A stretch of 64,000 bases of DNA from positions 172,091 to 236,090 of IMG/VR virus record IMGVR_UViG_3300005544_000020. One strand, written 5' to 3'. A model generated the notes under the pieces. That model was not told the origin of the DNA. It saw only the letters and a list, made by a program, of their open reading frames with translations, and did not search any database. The first letter of the stretch is position 1; every line of letters begins with the position of its first letter. Made by a program: the position numbers and the translations under genes. Positions 52,918 through 61,808 of this stretch are shown here, one piece after another. The stretch comes from a virus. Taxonomy: Duplodnaviria; Caudoviricetes.

Positions 52918-54630
52918 TTACTTGGGACCCTTGTCGACGGCAGCCACAAACCACTTCGGAAGCAGCCATCCGCAGGTCTGCATGAACCGATCGAAGCCGG
53001 AATCCAGCACGAACGTATCGCAGAAATCGGCGTCGTGCCGGACGGTCCGGCCGTAGGACTGGCAGAGTTTCAGCGCCGCCTGCATCGGGAGATACGAGCC
53101 GTCGATCTTCATCCTGGCTTTCACGAATTTGTCTTCGGTGCCGGGCCACGGGACCTTCGCGATCATCTGGAAACGCGCCAGGTCGTCATGGAGATCGATC
53201 CCCTCATGGAAGCCGGATGCCAGGAGGATGCTGTCTGGCTTGGCCTCGTGGACGCGAAGCATGGCGTCCTTGTCCCGGTTCGTGAACATGTCGAGCGTGA
53301 TGATCCGCGGGCTGTTCACGTTCTCCCGGATCAGCCGGCAGAGACGTTCGCTGTGACCGTGGATGATCCCTCGCTGCCCCGGGTAACGGTCCATGATCTC
53401 GGAGATTTTCCCATAGAGGCTGGGCAGCGTCGCCTCGAGGTTCTGCCAGCCCATGTTGCCGGCGTACTCCCGGAAAATGGGCCTGTTTTCCACTGGGAAA
53501 GTGGAGGGAATATCCACGAACTGCAGGTTCGCCTGGGGGATTCCGAGGTTTCTCGCCCAGGTCTTCGCGTCCAGGATCGTGGCCGAGAGAGCGAGCACCG
53601 TATCGGCCTTCGACCAGAGCATTTCCTTCGTGAAAGGCCGGATGAAAACGGGGCGGATCCGGAGCTTCCGGGTGCGCTCGCCGGGCTTCTCCCCTTCGAT
53701 GAAATCCTCGGTGACGTCGATCACCCATTCGGTGAGGTCGAGATACCGCAGGAGGTCCTCGATCCTGGACAGGAGCTCCTTGAACTGGTCCGTTTCGCTG
53801 GCGCTGAGGCCTTGGGGGACGTCCTCGCTGACGCCGACGGAGTCCTTGTCCCCGACCGCCTTCTTGATGCGCGCGACGACGCGCTCTTTTTCCAGCCAGG
53901 CGAGGACTTCTTTGGTGTCTTTCAGGCCCAGATCTAGCTTGATATCGAGCAATCGGAGGAGCTTGTCTGAGAAAATGATTTGAACAAACCCTAGGAGAAC
54001 GCTCTCGGTATTATGGGCTTCGTCGATGATGAGCAGTTCTCGTTTTCCGAAGCGGCCCAGCCTCTGCTGGAAGAGAAACGAGTGGAAATTGTAGAGCGTG
54101 ATGGGGTTCTCCACGGCCTTGGCGAGCTGCCTCCAGTAGTCGCATTTATGGGCGTCGGGTGGCAGGTCGAAGGAGTTCGCGGCTTCAACGGATCCGTACT
54201 TCAGACACTCCTGGATCAGGCCCTTTTTCTTCGAGTTTCGGCAGTAGCCCCGGGAGGCGTCTTTATACTTGATGGGGTCGTAGCTGCAGGGGTAGTTTGC
54301 GCGGCCCTTGATGGGTTCGACCATGGGAGACGCGAACTCGTTCGCGTACTGGGACATCAGGATCTTCTGGGCCGTGATCAGGTGAGTTTTCCCGCCGCGG
54401 GCTTCCATCTCCCGGGCGTGCGCGATCGCCACATAGCTCTTCCCGCTTCCGACGGGCGCCTGGATCGCGATGAAATTCTTGCCCTCGTGGAGAGCCTTTT
54501 CGGTGGCCTCAATGGCGTGGATCTGCTCGGGCCTGGGACTCTTCCCCTCAGGGAAGAAATCAAGCGCGGACCTCTCTCCAAAAGCTTCAGACACGGCCGG
54601 AGTATAACGCGGAGAATTGGGGAGCGCCAT
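52918..54630 (-). CDS. DinG/Rad3-like SF2 helicase (Fe-S type)
   Basis: QAPVGSGKS, RANYPC plus three more Cys, IIDEAH, LSAT, EGIDL, KVPWP, QSYGRTVRH..D. Confidence 0.9.
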   Translation of the reverse strand: MALPNSPRYTPAVSEAFGERSALDFFPEGKSPRPEQIHAIEATEKALHEGKNFIAIQAPVGSGKSYVAIAHAREMEARGGKTHLITAQKILMSQYANEFASPMVEPIKGRANYPCSYDPIKYKDASRGYCRNSKKKGLIQECLKYGSVEAANSFDLPPDAHKCDYWRQLAKAVENPITLYNFHSFLFQQRLGRFGKRELLIIDEAHNTESVLLGFVQIIFSDKLLRLLDIKLDLGLKDTKEVLAWLEKERVVARIKKAVGDKDSVGVSEDVPQGLSASETDQFKELLSRIEDLLRYLDLTEWVIDVTEDFIEGEKPGERTRKLRIRPVFIRPFTKEMLWSKADTVLALSATILDAKTWARNLGIPQANLQFVDIPSTFPVENRPIFREYAGNMGWQNLEATLPSLYGKISEIMDRYPGQRGIIHGHSERLCRLIRENVNSPRIITLDMFTNRDKDAMLRVHEAKPDSILLASGFHEGIDLHDDLARFQMIAKVPWPGTEDKFVKARMKIDGSYLPMQAALKLCQSYGRTVRHDADFCDTFVLDSGFDRFMQTCGWLLPKWFVAAVDKGPK

Positions 54631-54636
54631 CAAATC

Positions 54637-54664
54637 TTGACGCGACTGGTAAACGCGCTATACT
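54637..54664 (+). promoter_or_regulatory. sigma70-type promoter, class B, at the strand switch
   Basis: TTGACG-N16-TATACT with GGTAAAC in spacer. Confidence 0.75.
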
Positions 54665-54718
54665 CTTGCGCGTGGAGAACAAGCTGACGTTGGCTGAAGC
54701 CTGGTCACGGTAGGGGGA

Positions 54719-54973
54719 ATGATGGCGCCTCAGTGGGGATCTGCAGAGACCTACGAATGCCTGCGCTGTGACACCACCCAAAAAGAACCCAAGAGATCCA
54801 AGAGATCCCAGGGAGCGATCGTCCGCTGCCGTGGCTGCGGTCAGGCGGTTTATCTTGTGACCGAAAAAGCGCCTCCGGCGGAGCCCAAAGCCAAGGTCTG
54901 CAAGACCTGCGGGACCAAGCTCCGAGCGTCCAACAATCGGGAGCAGTGCAGCGTGTGTTGGGGGACCCGATGA
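54719..54973 (+). CDS. multi-CxxC Zn-ribbon protein
   Basis: Four CxxC pairs; GGGGA RBS. Confidence 0.75.
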   Translation: MMAPQWGSAETYECLRCDTTQKEPKRSKRSQGAIVRCRGCGQAVYLVTEKAPPAEPKAKVCKTCGTKLRASNNREQCSVCWGTR

Positions 54974-55182
54974 TCACCTTTCTGAACAGCCCGGAAGACA
55001 TGAAATGGCTCAGAGACGTGCACATTCCAGACCTGCCCTCGGAATATGAAGCCGCCGTAGTCCACGGTAATGAGGACTCTCCGTCCAAAATAGAAGCGTA
55101 CAGATCACCAAATCCAGCTATTCAGGAAACACCCCAAATCTTCGTCGCTGATCAGGATGGTGTCCTCAAACTCCAAACTTGA
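54970..55182 (+). CDS. hypothetical protein
   Basis: ATGA-coupled start MITFLNSPED. Confidence 0.7.
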   Translation: MITFLNSPEDMKWLRDVHIPDLPSEYEAAVVHGNEDSPSKIEAYRSPNPAIQETPQIFVADQDGVLKLQT

Positions 55183-55185
55183 AGT

Positions 55186-55653
55186 TTGGGTATCTGGAAT
55201 AAGATGGACAACTCCGCCGCCTTCCGCAGATCAAGATGGGGTTGTCCCACAAAAAAACGCCAAAAATCAAGAGTCCATCCCATCCGGATAGATTGGCCTC
55301 TGCAAATCAACTCCTTCCGATCTGGCGATTTGGTCGTAGCCAGATCTTTCAAGGCCAAGGCCGTGGCGTCTTTTGACAGATTGGATGGCCATAGCCCAGG
55401 CGAGGAGCCGTCCTTGATGGATTCGATCGATCCTAGGGCCTATTCCGGCCTTCAGGCGGCCCGAGATCTGGATGCGGACCGGCTCGGGCAAGTCCAGATT
55501 GGAAGCTCAGAGTTCCTCGTCAGATCGAGGAGATCTATCAGGCCAGCGAAGGGTGTCTCCAGCGCCTGGTCAATCTGGCCCTCCCCTAGGGAGGAAGCAA
55601 ATTTAAAGCCTCTACAGGCAGATTCCTATCTGCCCTATCTGGATACCATTTAA
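55186..55653 (+). CDS. hypothetical protein (uncertain)
   Basis: Fills the plus-strand operon gap; TTG start; atypical composition. Confidence 0.4.
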   Translation: MGIWNKMDNSAAFRRSRWGCPTKKRQKSRVHPIRIDWPLQINSFRSGDLVVARSFKAKAVASFDRLDGHSPGEEPSLMDSIDPRAYSGLQAARDLDADRLGQVQIGSSEFLVRSRRSIRPAKGVSSAWSIWPSPREEANLKPLQADSYLPYLDTI

Positions 55654-55666
55654 AGAGGGGTGAATT

Positions 55667-56104
55667 GTGGCGGCCGAAGCCAAAAAAGAGCCCTTTAAAA
55701 GAGTCCTTTCTGAGAACGTCGAGATCTATTACGGGTGGAAGGACGCGCACGTCGTGGTCAAGGCCAGATTGCCGATCCCGCTCAAACCTTGGTTCTCGAA
55801 GAAGGTCCCGGCAGATTTGGTCAAGGTCTTCAAGCAGACCTTCCGCGGCGCCGCAGATTACGGCGAAGGCAAATCCAGCCTGGCTCTTGTCGATCCGATC
55901 CAGATCGAGATCCAAGAGGACTGCAAGGTCAGATTTGGCTTCCAGGATAGGCACCTCGAGCTGTCGATGAAGCAATACGGAATCTGGATGAAGCTCAGCT
56001 TTACCTTCGAAGAGATCAAATTGGGGTTGCTGGCGTTGAATGAAGCGTCAGGCTGGGCAGAGCTCTCGAAGGACGTTCGGGATCTGCAGGGAGTCCCAGA
56101 TTAA
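55667..56104 (+). CDS. hypothetical protein
   Basis: GAGGGG RBS; GTG start. Confidence 0.7.
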   Translation: MAAEAKKEPFKRVLSENVEIYYGWKDAHVVVKARLPIPLKPWFSKKVPADLVKVFKQTFRGAADYGEGKSSLALVDPIQIEIQEDCKVRFGFQDRHLELSMKQYGIWMKLSFTFEEIKLGLLALNEASGWAELSKDVRDLQGVPD

Positions 56105-56229
56105 GGACGATCAGCCGGCAGCCAAAATCGTGGTCGATGATCGTGCTCGGCGCCATGACCAAGGGGAGAGAGTCTTGAGTCGGTTTTGAAGATCTGGTAG
56201 ATTGAGACCATTACTGGAGAGGATTGAAG

Positions 56230-56550
56230 ATGAAGATCACCAAGGAGTACCGGGAATTCGCGAATAAGACTCTCGAAGGATTCAAGGAACAGCTCCGGCA
56301 ATCTGTGGCCTTTTCCTGCGCCTGCTGCCAGCAGCAGAAGCAGAAAGGCGAGGCTGCAGGAGCGCATCTCTTTAAGCCCGAGGATCCTGCGCTCTGGAAG
56401 GCGATGGAGGTCCCGGGTGGCCTGCACCGCGTCGGGGTCTATGCTATTTGCCTCGAATGCATGGATGCGTTCTCCGAGGACGTTATTCAGAAGAAGGTAA
56501 TCGCCTATCTGGGCAGTCAGGGTCTATTTGGTGGTGGGCCGAAAACCTGA
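56230..56550 (+). CDS. hypothetical Zn-binding protein
   Basis: CACC..CLEC; GGAGAGG RBS. Confidence 0.7.
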   Translation: MKITKEYREFANKTLEGFKEQLRQSVAFSCACCQQQKQKGEAAGAHLFKPEDPALWKAMEVPGGLHRVGVYAICLECMDAFSEDVIQKKVIAYLGSQGLFGGGPKT

Positions 56551-57002
56551 TGGATCCGTACTCGGTATTAGGGCTTCCTCAATCTGCAAGTGCAGAAGAA
56601 ATTCGGCGCTCATTTAGGAAGCTGGCTGCAAAATACCATCCAGATAGGAACCCTGGAGACCCAAATGCGGAAAAAGTCTTCAGGGAGGCTTCGAAGGCCT
56701 ACGAACTTCTCACGAACCCGAGAAAGCATGCCTCGGATCATACTCAAAGGCCTCAACCGACGCCGGCACCGACTGTCGTGCCGGTCGTCATCCGCGGAGG
56801 CCGGAAAAAGCGCGGCGCGCGCCGCGGATACATGCCGCCAGGCCATCAACCGCGCCCCCATCCGCCGATAAACCCGGGCTCATCGGTTCCACTGAAGTCG
56901 GACGTCAAGCTCGGAGGCGTCCCACTCAAAGATCTCCCGCCTTGGATGCCGCGAGCTCCTCTTTTCGGGAATGATCCGCTGGACAGAGGCGGCCCGTCCT
57001 GA
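56550..57002 (+). CDS. J-domain (DnaJ-like) protein with P/R-rich tail
   Basis: DPYSVLGL..EIRRSFRKLAAKYHPDRNPGD..F.E..KAYELL. Confidence 0.9.
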   Translation: MDPYSVLGLPQSASAEEIRRSFRKLAAKYHPDRNPGDPNAEKVFREASKAYELLTNPRKHASDHTQRPQPTPAPTVVPVVIRGGRKKRGARRGYMPPGHQPRPHPPINPGSSVPLKSDVKLGGVPLKDLPPWMPRAPLFGNDPLDRGGPS

Positions 57003-57008
57003 TACAAT
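56980..57008 (+). promoter_or_regulatory. sigma70-type promoter followed by a 5' hairpin (57015-57037)
   Basis: TGGACA-N17-TACAAT with extended -10 TG. Confidence 0.65.
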
Positions 57009-57074
57009 AGGGCTGCGATCGGTTCCCCACCGATCGCGGAGTCAACCAGGTTTCCGCCCGGCGCCGGAGATGCC

Positions 57075-57824
57075 GTGGAGTTCTATCCTCGCGGGAACTG
57101 GATCGTAGGAACCCCCATCTGGGTCCTCGAAGATCAGGACGAGCAAGAACGCATCAGCATGATGCTCTGTCCGCACCCGCAATGGAAGGAGATCGCGCGG
57201 GCCCAGGAGACGAATCCTGAGGACGGGAAAACGTATCTCGTGGTCTCGGAGGAGTGCACCGTCTGCGGAGCCAAGCGCCTTAGACTGCTGCCGGCTGGAT
57301 TCCCAGAGAACGAGCCGTTCGATTATTCGATCCCTGAAAAAGGACCGTGGTACGAACGGCTCTACAACCTGGGCAACTTCGTGATCCTGGTGAGGAGGTA
57401 CAATAACAATCCCGAGGTTCCTCCTTCCTACATGACCAGGACCGAGACGCAAGCCGGAAATGTTCACACCGGAGTCGTCCAACTTGAGACTCTTCTTTTT
57501 TCGCCGGCCGCGCTCGAACAGATCGTCGACATGGAACGCATGATGAAGCTTGGGCCGAAGCGCTACGCGGGCTACCGCATCCTGAAGGAAGGCCGCAAGA
57601 CGAAAGAAGACAAGGCGGATATCCAAGCGCACGCCGACGCGCTTGCAAAAGTCGTTCAGGACATTGGTCCGGAGTCGATCGCGGCCGCGCGGGCAATCTT
57701 CGAAGCCGAGATCGATCAGGAAGCTGCAGATCTTGAAGAGTACCAAATTCAAATGATGGAAAAGGAAGTCGCTGAGCGCAAGGCTCAGATTGAGAAGCGC
57801 CGGGCCGGCAAGAAGCCCAAATAA
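57075..57824 (+). CDS. hypothetical protein with C-terminal coiled coil
   Basis: GGAG RBS; GTG start. Confidence 0.75.
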   Translation: MEFYPRGNWIVGTPIWVLEDQDEQERISMMLCPHPQWKEIARAQETNPEDGKTYLVVSEECTVCGAKRLRLLPAGFPENEPFDYSIPEKGPWYERLYNLGNFVILVRRYNNNPEVPPSYMTRTETQAGNVHTGVVQLETLLFSPAALEQIVDMERMMKLGPKRYAGYRILKEGRKTKEDKADIQAHADALAKVVQDIGPESIAAARAIFEAEIDQEAADLEEYQIQMMEKEVAERKAQIEKRRAGKKPK

Positions 57825-57843
57825 AAAATTTTCCAAATTACTG

Positions 57844-57872
57844 TTGACATGGCACATCTGAAGTGATACTTT
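57844..57872 (+). promoter_or_regulatory. sigma70-type promoter for the putative structural operon
   Basis: TTGACA-N17-TACTTT, extended -10 TG, A/T UP tract. Confidence 0.65.
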
Positions 57873-57982
57873 CTGTGTGGCTTCCCCCCCCGGGGCGCCA
57901 AATGTTGTTGTAGGCGTTTTTCGAAGGCGTCGTAGGTTTTGGAAAAGTCGGGCCGCCCGCTCGACAAATCCGAGGGACCTCG

Positions 57983-60367
57983 ATGCCTGATTCTGCCGCC
58001 GACGCGGCCGTTCAGCAACCCGGACAGACTCCGTCTGCTCCGAAGGTTCTCTCTCGCAAATCTTCAAAACCAAAAGCAGCTCCCGAGCACGTCGAACAAA
58101 TCATCAGCCTGCATAAACAGGGCTACACAAATAAGCAGATCGCCGATCAATTTGGGATCAACGGTCAGAGTGTAAATGGCGTTATCGCGAGCGCGAAGCG
58201 TCAGGGTCTGCTTCCGCCGTCGGCTCCCGCCGCCAAGGGCGCCGTCGCGACCGCCTTGAACTCGGGCCTTCTCGGAAATCCAACCGTCGAGCCTACCCCC
58301 CAACTCGTGCCGGTCATGCCCCCCAGTCATAATGTGCAGGTGAATCCGCCCATGAACAACGGAATTCCGCAACATCATCAGCAGCCCGCGCCACTGTCGT
58401 CCTCATCGACCCAGGATGACTTCTCAGGCGGGAGGCCCGTTGTGGGCGCTTCCGGCGGATTTACGGGCGCAGGCCAGGTTGTGAAGTACACGGTCGAGCG
58501 CATCGCTCCTCCGGACGGGCTGCTCGGGACTCACTACGGGTCCTTCACAATCGAAGAGCTGGGTCAGAACTACGGCGAAGGCACCTATAAGGTGACCAAG
58601 CACGATCCTACCCAGAAATTCGCGGTCGAATTCATCCAGAAGATCGGGCCCAGCTACGGCCCGGCCCGCGCGACGCCGCATTCCTCGCAGCGCACGCAGG
58701 TTCCCGCCCGGCCCTTCTTCCAGCGCGCCTGGAACCCTCAGGCTCCACAGGCCGAGGGAGAGGAGACGGAACGTCCGGCCTTCCGGCCCATCTACCAGCG
58801 GCCTCCGGAGAACAACACCGCCTTCCTCGAGATCGCGCGGCAGCAGCAGGTCGGCAACACTTCGGCCATGGAAACGGCCCTCAACATGGTCCAGACGATG
58901 CATCAGACATCGCTGGCGAGCATCGAGAACGCCCGCAAGGGCGGCCCCGACAACGTGATGATCAATATCCTGCGCGAGCAGCAGGAGATCACCAACCGCC
59001 GCTGGGAAGAGGAGCGCAGAATCCAGGACCAGCGTCGGAAGGATGAAGAAGAAAAATTCCAGCGCCGGCAGGACGAAGAGCAGCGCCGCTGGGAGCGCGA
59101 TCAGCAGGCCGAGCGCGATCGCCATCAGCGCGAACTGGAGCGCATCAGCCGGGAGACCGAAGCCCGGGAGAAACAGCTCCGGGTCGAAGCTGAGGAGCGC
59201 GAGAAGCGGGCGAACGAAGAGCGCCGCTTCCTCCTCGATCTCGAAGAGAAGAAAATCCAGCTTGTCCGCCAGGAAGCCGAGGCTTCCCAGCGTCGACTGG
59301 AAGCTGAACTCCAGCGTCTCCGGGAAGAGACCAAGGAGCGGACCGAGCAGGCCAACCGGATCGTCGCCGAGAACCAGGAAGCGACGACCCGGCATATCGA
59401 AGAGTCCCAGAAGCAGATCCAGGAGCAGCTAGACCGCGAGCGCGAGCAGCTTGAGCGCGAACACAAGCTCAAGGAGAAGTCCCTCGACAAGCAGCACGAG
59501 CTCGAGGGTCGCATGCTGGAGATCCAGAAGGCCAACATGGAGAACTCCGGCGGCGACCAGATCTTCAACACCATCAACACGGTCATCAAGGAAGTCTCCA
59601 AGGGCCTCGAGAAGGTCGTCGACCTCAAGAAGCTCGAGTCGATGACGCCGGAAGCCCAGATCGCCCACGTCGCCCGCGGCGCCCAGGCGCCGGCCGACGT
59701 TGCGCCTCCTCCTCAGCAGAGAGCGCAGCCTCAGCCCCAGCCCCAGGCGCAGCCTCAGCCTCAACCTCAACCGCAACCTCAGCCCGTCCAGGAAGAGGTT
59801 CCGGTCCAGCAGGCCGAGACTCCCGCTCCTGCGGCTCAGCAGGCACCGCAGAGCCCCGGCGAAGCGATCGTGGAGAACCGCATGGAATCAATGATCCGCG
59901 AGAGCCTGAAGAAGCCCTTCTTCCAGGAGGTCCTGAAGGAGTGGGCGCTGCACGTCGAGGATGCCGCGGAGACCAAGACGATCGACGCGACGACCTTCGC
60001 CAATCTCTATCTGGAGATGATGCGCGATCCGCGCAACGACGAGGCGCGGCAGGGCTGTGCGGCGTTCGCCACGTTCATGAAGCCCCGGAGCTGGAAGAAG
60101 CTCCTCGGGGTGCTGGCCGACGCGCTCGACGCGGAAACCCTCGCTACCTTCCAGCGGAAGGAAGCCGAAGAGTTCTACAAGCAGTTCAAGGCCATGGTCC
60201 TCGAGCAGATCACGGAGTACTGGGAGCAGTTCCTTGCCTCGCGTCAGCAGAGAAACGCGGGCGCCCAGGCTCCAGGCACCAACGGAACCTCCGCCCCTGC
60301 CGCTCCCGTAGAGCAGTCAGGAGCCACCCCGGCGCAGAACACGGATCAAACCGGCCAGGCGCCGTAA
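57983..60367 (+). CDS. 794-aa protein: N-terminal HTH, long E/R/Q coiled coil, QP repeats, helical C-domain
   Basis: LHKQGYTNKQIADQFGINGQSV (HTH); roughly 200-aa charged helix; (QP)n tract. Confidence 0.85.
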   Translation: MPDSAADAAVQQPGQTPSAPKVLSRKSSKPKAAPEHVEQIISLHKQGYTNKQIADQFGINGQSVNGVIASAKRQGLLPPSAPAAKGAVATALNSGLLGNPTVEPTPQLVPVMPPSHNVQVNPPMNNGIPQHHQQPAPLSSSSTQDDFSGGRPVVGASGGFTGAGQVVKYTVERIAPPDGLLGTHYGSFTIEELGQNYGEGTYKVTKHDPTQKFAVEFIQKIGPSYGPARATPHSSQRTQVPARPFFQRAWNPQAPQAEGEETERPAFRPIYQRPPENNTAFLEIARQQQVGNTSAMETALNMVQTMHQTSLASIENARKGGPDNVMINILREQQEITNRRWEEERRIQDQRRKDEEEKFQRRQDEEQRRWERDQQAERDRHQRELERISRETEAREKQLRVEAEEREKRANEERRFLLDLEEKKIQLVRQEAEASQRRLEAELQRLREETKERTEQANRIVAENQEATTRHIEESQKQIQEQLDREREQLEREHKLKEKSLDKQHELEGRMLEIQKANMENSGGDQIFNTINTVIKEVSKGLEKVVDLKKLESMTPEAQIAHVARGAQAPADVAPPPQQRAQPQPQPQAQPQPQPQPQPQPVQEEVPVQQAETPAPAAQQAPQSPGEAIVENRMESMIRESLKKPFFQEVLKEWALHVEDAAETKTIDATTFANLYLEMMRDPRNDEARQGCAAFATFMKPRSWKKLLGVLADALDAETLATFQRKEAEEFYKQFKAMVLEQITEYWEQFLASRQQRNAGAQAPGTNGTSAPAAPVEQSGATPAQNTDQTGQAP
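59726..59785 (+). repeat. coding hexanucleotide repeat (CAG/CAA-CCN) encoding (QP)n
   Basis: cagcctcagccccagccc...caacctcaaccgcaacctcagccc. Confidence 0.8.
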
Positions 60368-60378
60368 TTCGGAGAGAG

Positions 60379-61179
60379 ATGGGCGAGAGGTACTTCCAGC
60401 TCGGACGAGCGGACCAGCCACAGTCTGCCATGGGAACTCGTCGGCAGTCCTCTGTGAAGAGGATGTCCCAGAGCGCCCTCATGTCTCCGCCTCCCGAGAC
60501 GGGTCAGGTCATCCGGACGGCTCTTCCCGATACCTTCGACGGCATCCGCTACGAGATCGGGAAGATGGTCAACTACGTCAAGCAGGCGGCCAAAGACCCC
60601 TTCATGATCGAGCACACCAACCGGATCGTGGACGGCTATTCCCAGGCCGCGGCTGCGATGAACGGGAACTCCCTCGCCGGCATCGACCCCCGGAGCCTCG
60701 CGATCGAGGCCCTCGAGGGCTGGTGCCGTCAGCATTACGCCTACGTCAACGATCCGCCGAACATCGAAGTGATCCAGACGCCCAAGCGGATGGTGAAGCA
60801 GACGATGATCCCGGCGGAAGTGACGCGGGACGTCATGGCACCGATCTTCGAAGCCCTGGTGGTCGCCATCGGGCCAAAAATCAACGAATACGAAGTCCCA
60901 GGCCTCACGGCGGGGGATTGCGATGAGGGCTCGACCCTCATGAACGCCCACTGTGCGGCCTGGGGGAACGGCACCAAGGAGATGTCCGCCGCGGCGCCGA
61001 CCGAAAAGATCCGGCCCATCCGGTTCCGCTTCGGTGGCAACGGCGGGACCCTCCATCACGTTTGGGCCCGGCCTTATTTGGGCGAAGAGGGCATCGACAG
61101 CGATCTGACGGAGCCTGGCTACAATTTGGGCGACTACTCCAAATTTGAGCAGTACGAGGAAGTCGAGGTGGAGCTGTGA
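60379..61179 (+). CDS. transglutaminase-like (papain-fold) protein, intact Cys-His-Asp
   Basis: YVNDP..E.IQTP, GDCDE, HHVW, DSD. Confidence 0.75.
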   Translation: MGERYFQLGRADQPQSAMGTRRQSSVKRMSQSALMSPPPETGQVIRTALPDTFDGIRYEIGKMVNYVKQAAKDPFMIEHTNRIVDGYSQAAAAMNGNSLAGIDPRSLAIEALEGWCRQHYAYVNDPPNIEVIQTPKRMVKQTMIPAEVTRDVMAPIFEALVVAIGPKINEYEVPGLTAGDCDEGSTLMNAHCAAWGNGTKEMSAAAPTEKIRPIRFRFGGNGGTLHHVWARPYLGEEGIDSDLTEPGYNLGDYSKFEQYEEVEVEL

Positions 61180-61808
61180 GTAGAACGCTCGGCCTCGTGA
61201 AGATCCCGGCTCAGACAGATTACGACCTGAACCGGATGACGGATCGGGTGCTCGATGCCCGGACCGACCATATCTACTTCGACTTCTCCCGGGTGATCGG
61301 GCCTCAGTACGCCAAGATCGTCGAGAAGATCTCGACGGACGAGGGCAGCCGGATCCCGGCGCACAACAACAAGACTCTCTTCCTCGAGGCGATCGATCTG
61401 TGGTGCCGCCGGCGTCTTGGCGCCGATCAGCCCCAGAATCCGAGCGCCAAGAAGATCGAGGAGCCGCGCGACGCCATCGTCCATGCCATGGATCAGTGGT
61501 ACAAGGCCCTCGAGCTCGACAACCCGGCTGAGTTCAAGCTGTCGCGGCAGGGTCCTCCGCCGGTCTATGTGGGGGACGACGTAGATGCCGTCGCCACCCT
61601 GATGGGACTGGCGGCGTGCCTCGATATCACCCCGATGCGCTTCGTCTTCGGCGGCCGGAAGGTCGACGGCAAGGAGGACTACCAGCGCGTTTGGGCAAAG
61701 ATCAAGGCGGATGGCAACTGGTACGACTCGGACATCATGACCCCAGGGGCCGTGCTGGGTGATCGCCCGGACTTCCCTCACTATAAGGAAGTGGAGGTGC
61801 CTCTATGA
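61176..61808 (+). CDS. transglutaminase-like paralog, catalytic Cys and His lost
   Basis: GDDVD in place of GDCDE and YQRVW in place of LHHVW; C-terminus aligns with 60379..61179. Confidence 0.7.
   Translation: MSRTLGLVKIPAQTDYDLNRMTDRVLDARTDHIYFDFSRVIGPQYAKIVEKISTDEGSRIPAHNNKTLFLEAIDLWCRRRLGADQPQNPSAKKIEEPRDAIVHAMDQWYKALELDNPAEFKLSRQGPPPVYVGDDVDAVATLMGLAACLDITPMRFVFGGRKVDGKEDYQRVWAKIKADGNWYDSDIMTPGAVLGDRPDFPHYKEVEVPL

Noticed and set aside
59726-59785. QP repeat (and PEEAKK repeats near 44190-44270) as a DNA repeat system
   Set aside because: Synonymous variation shows these are protein-level low-complexity linkers
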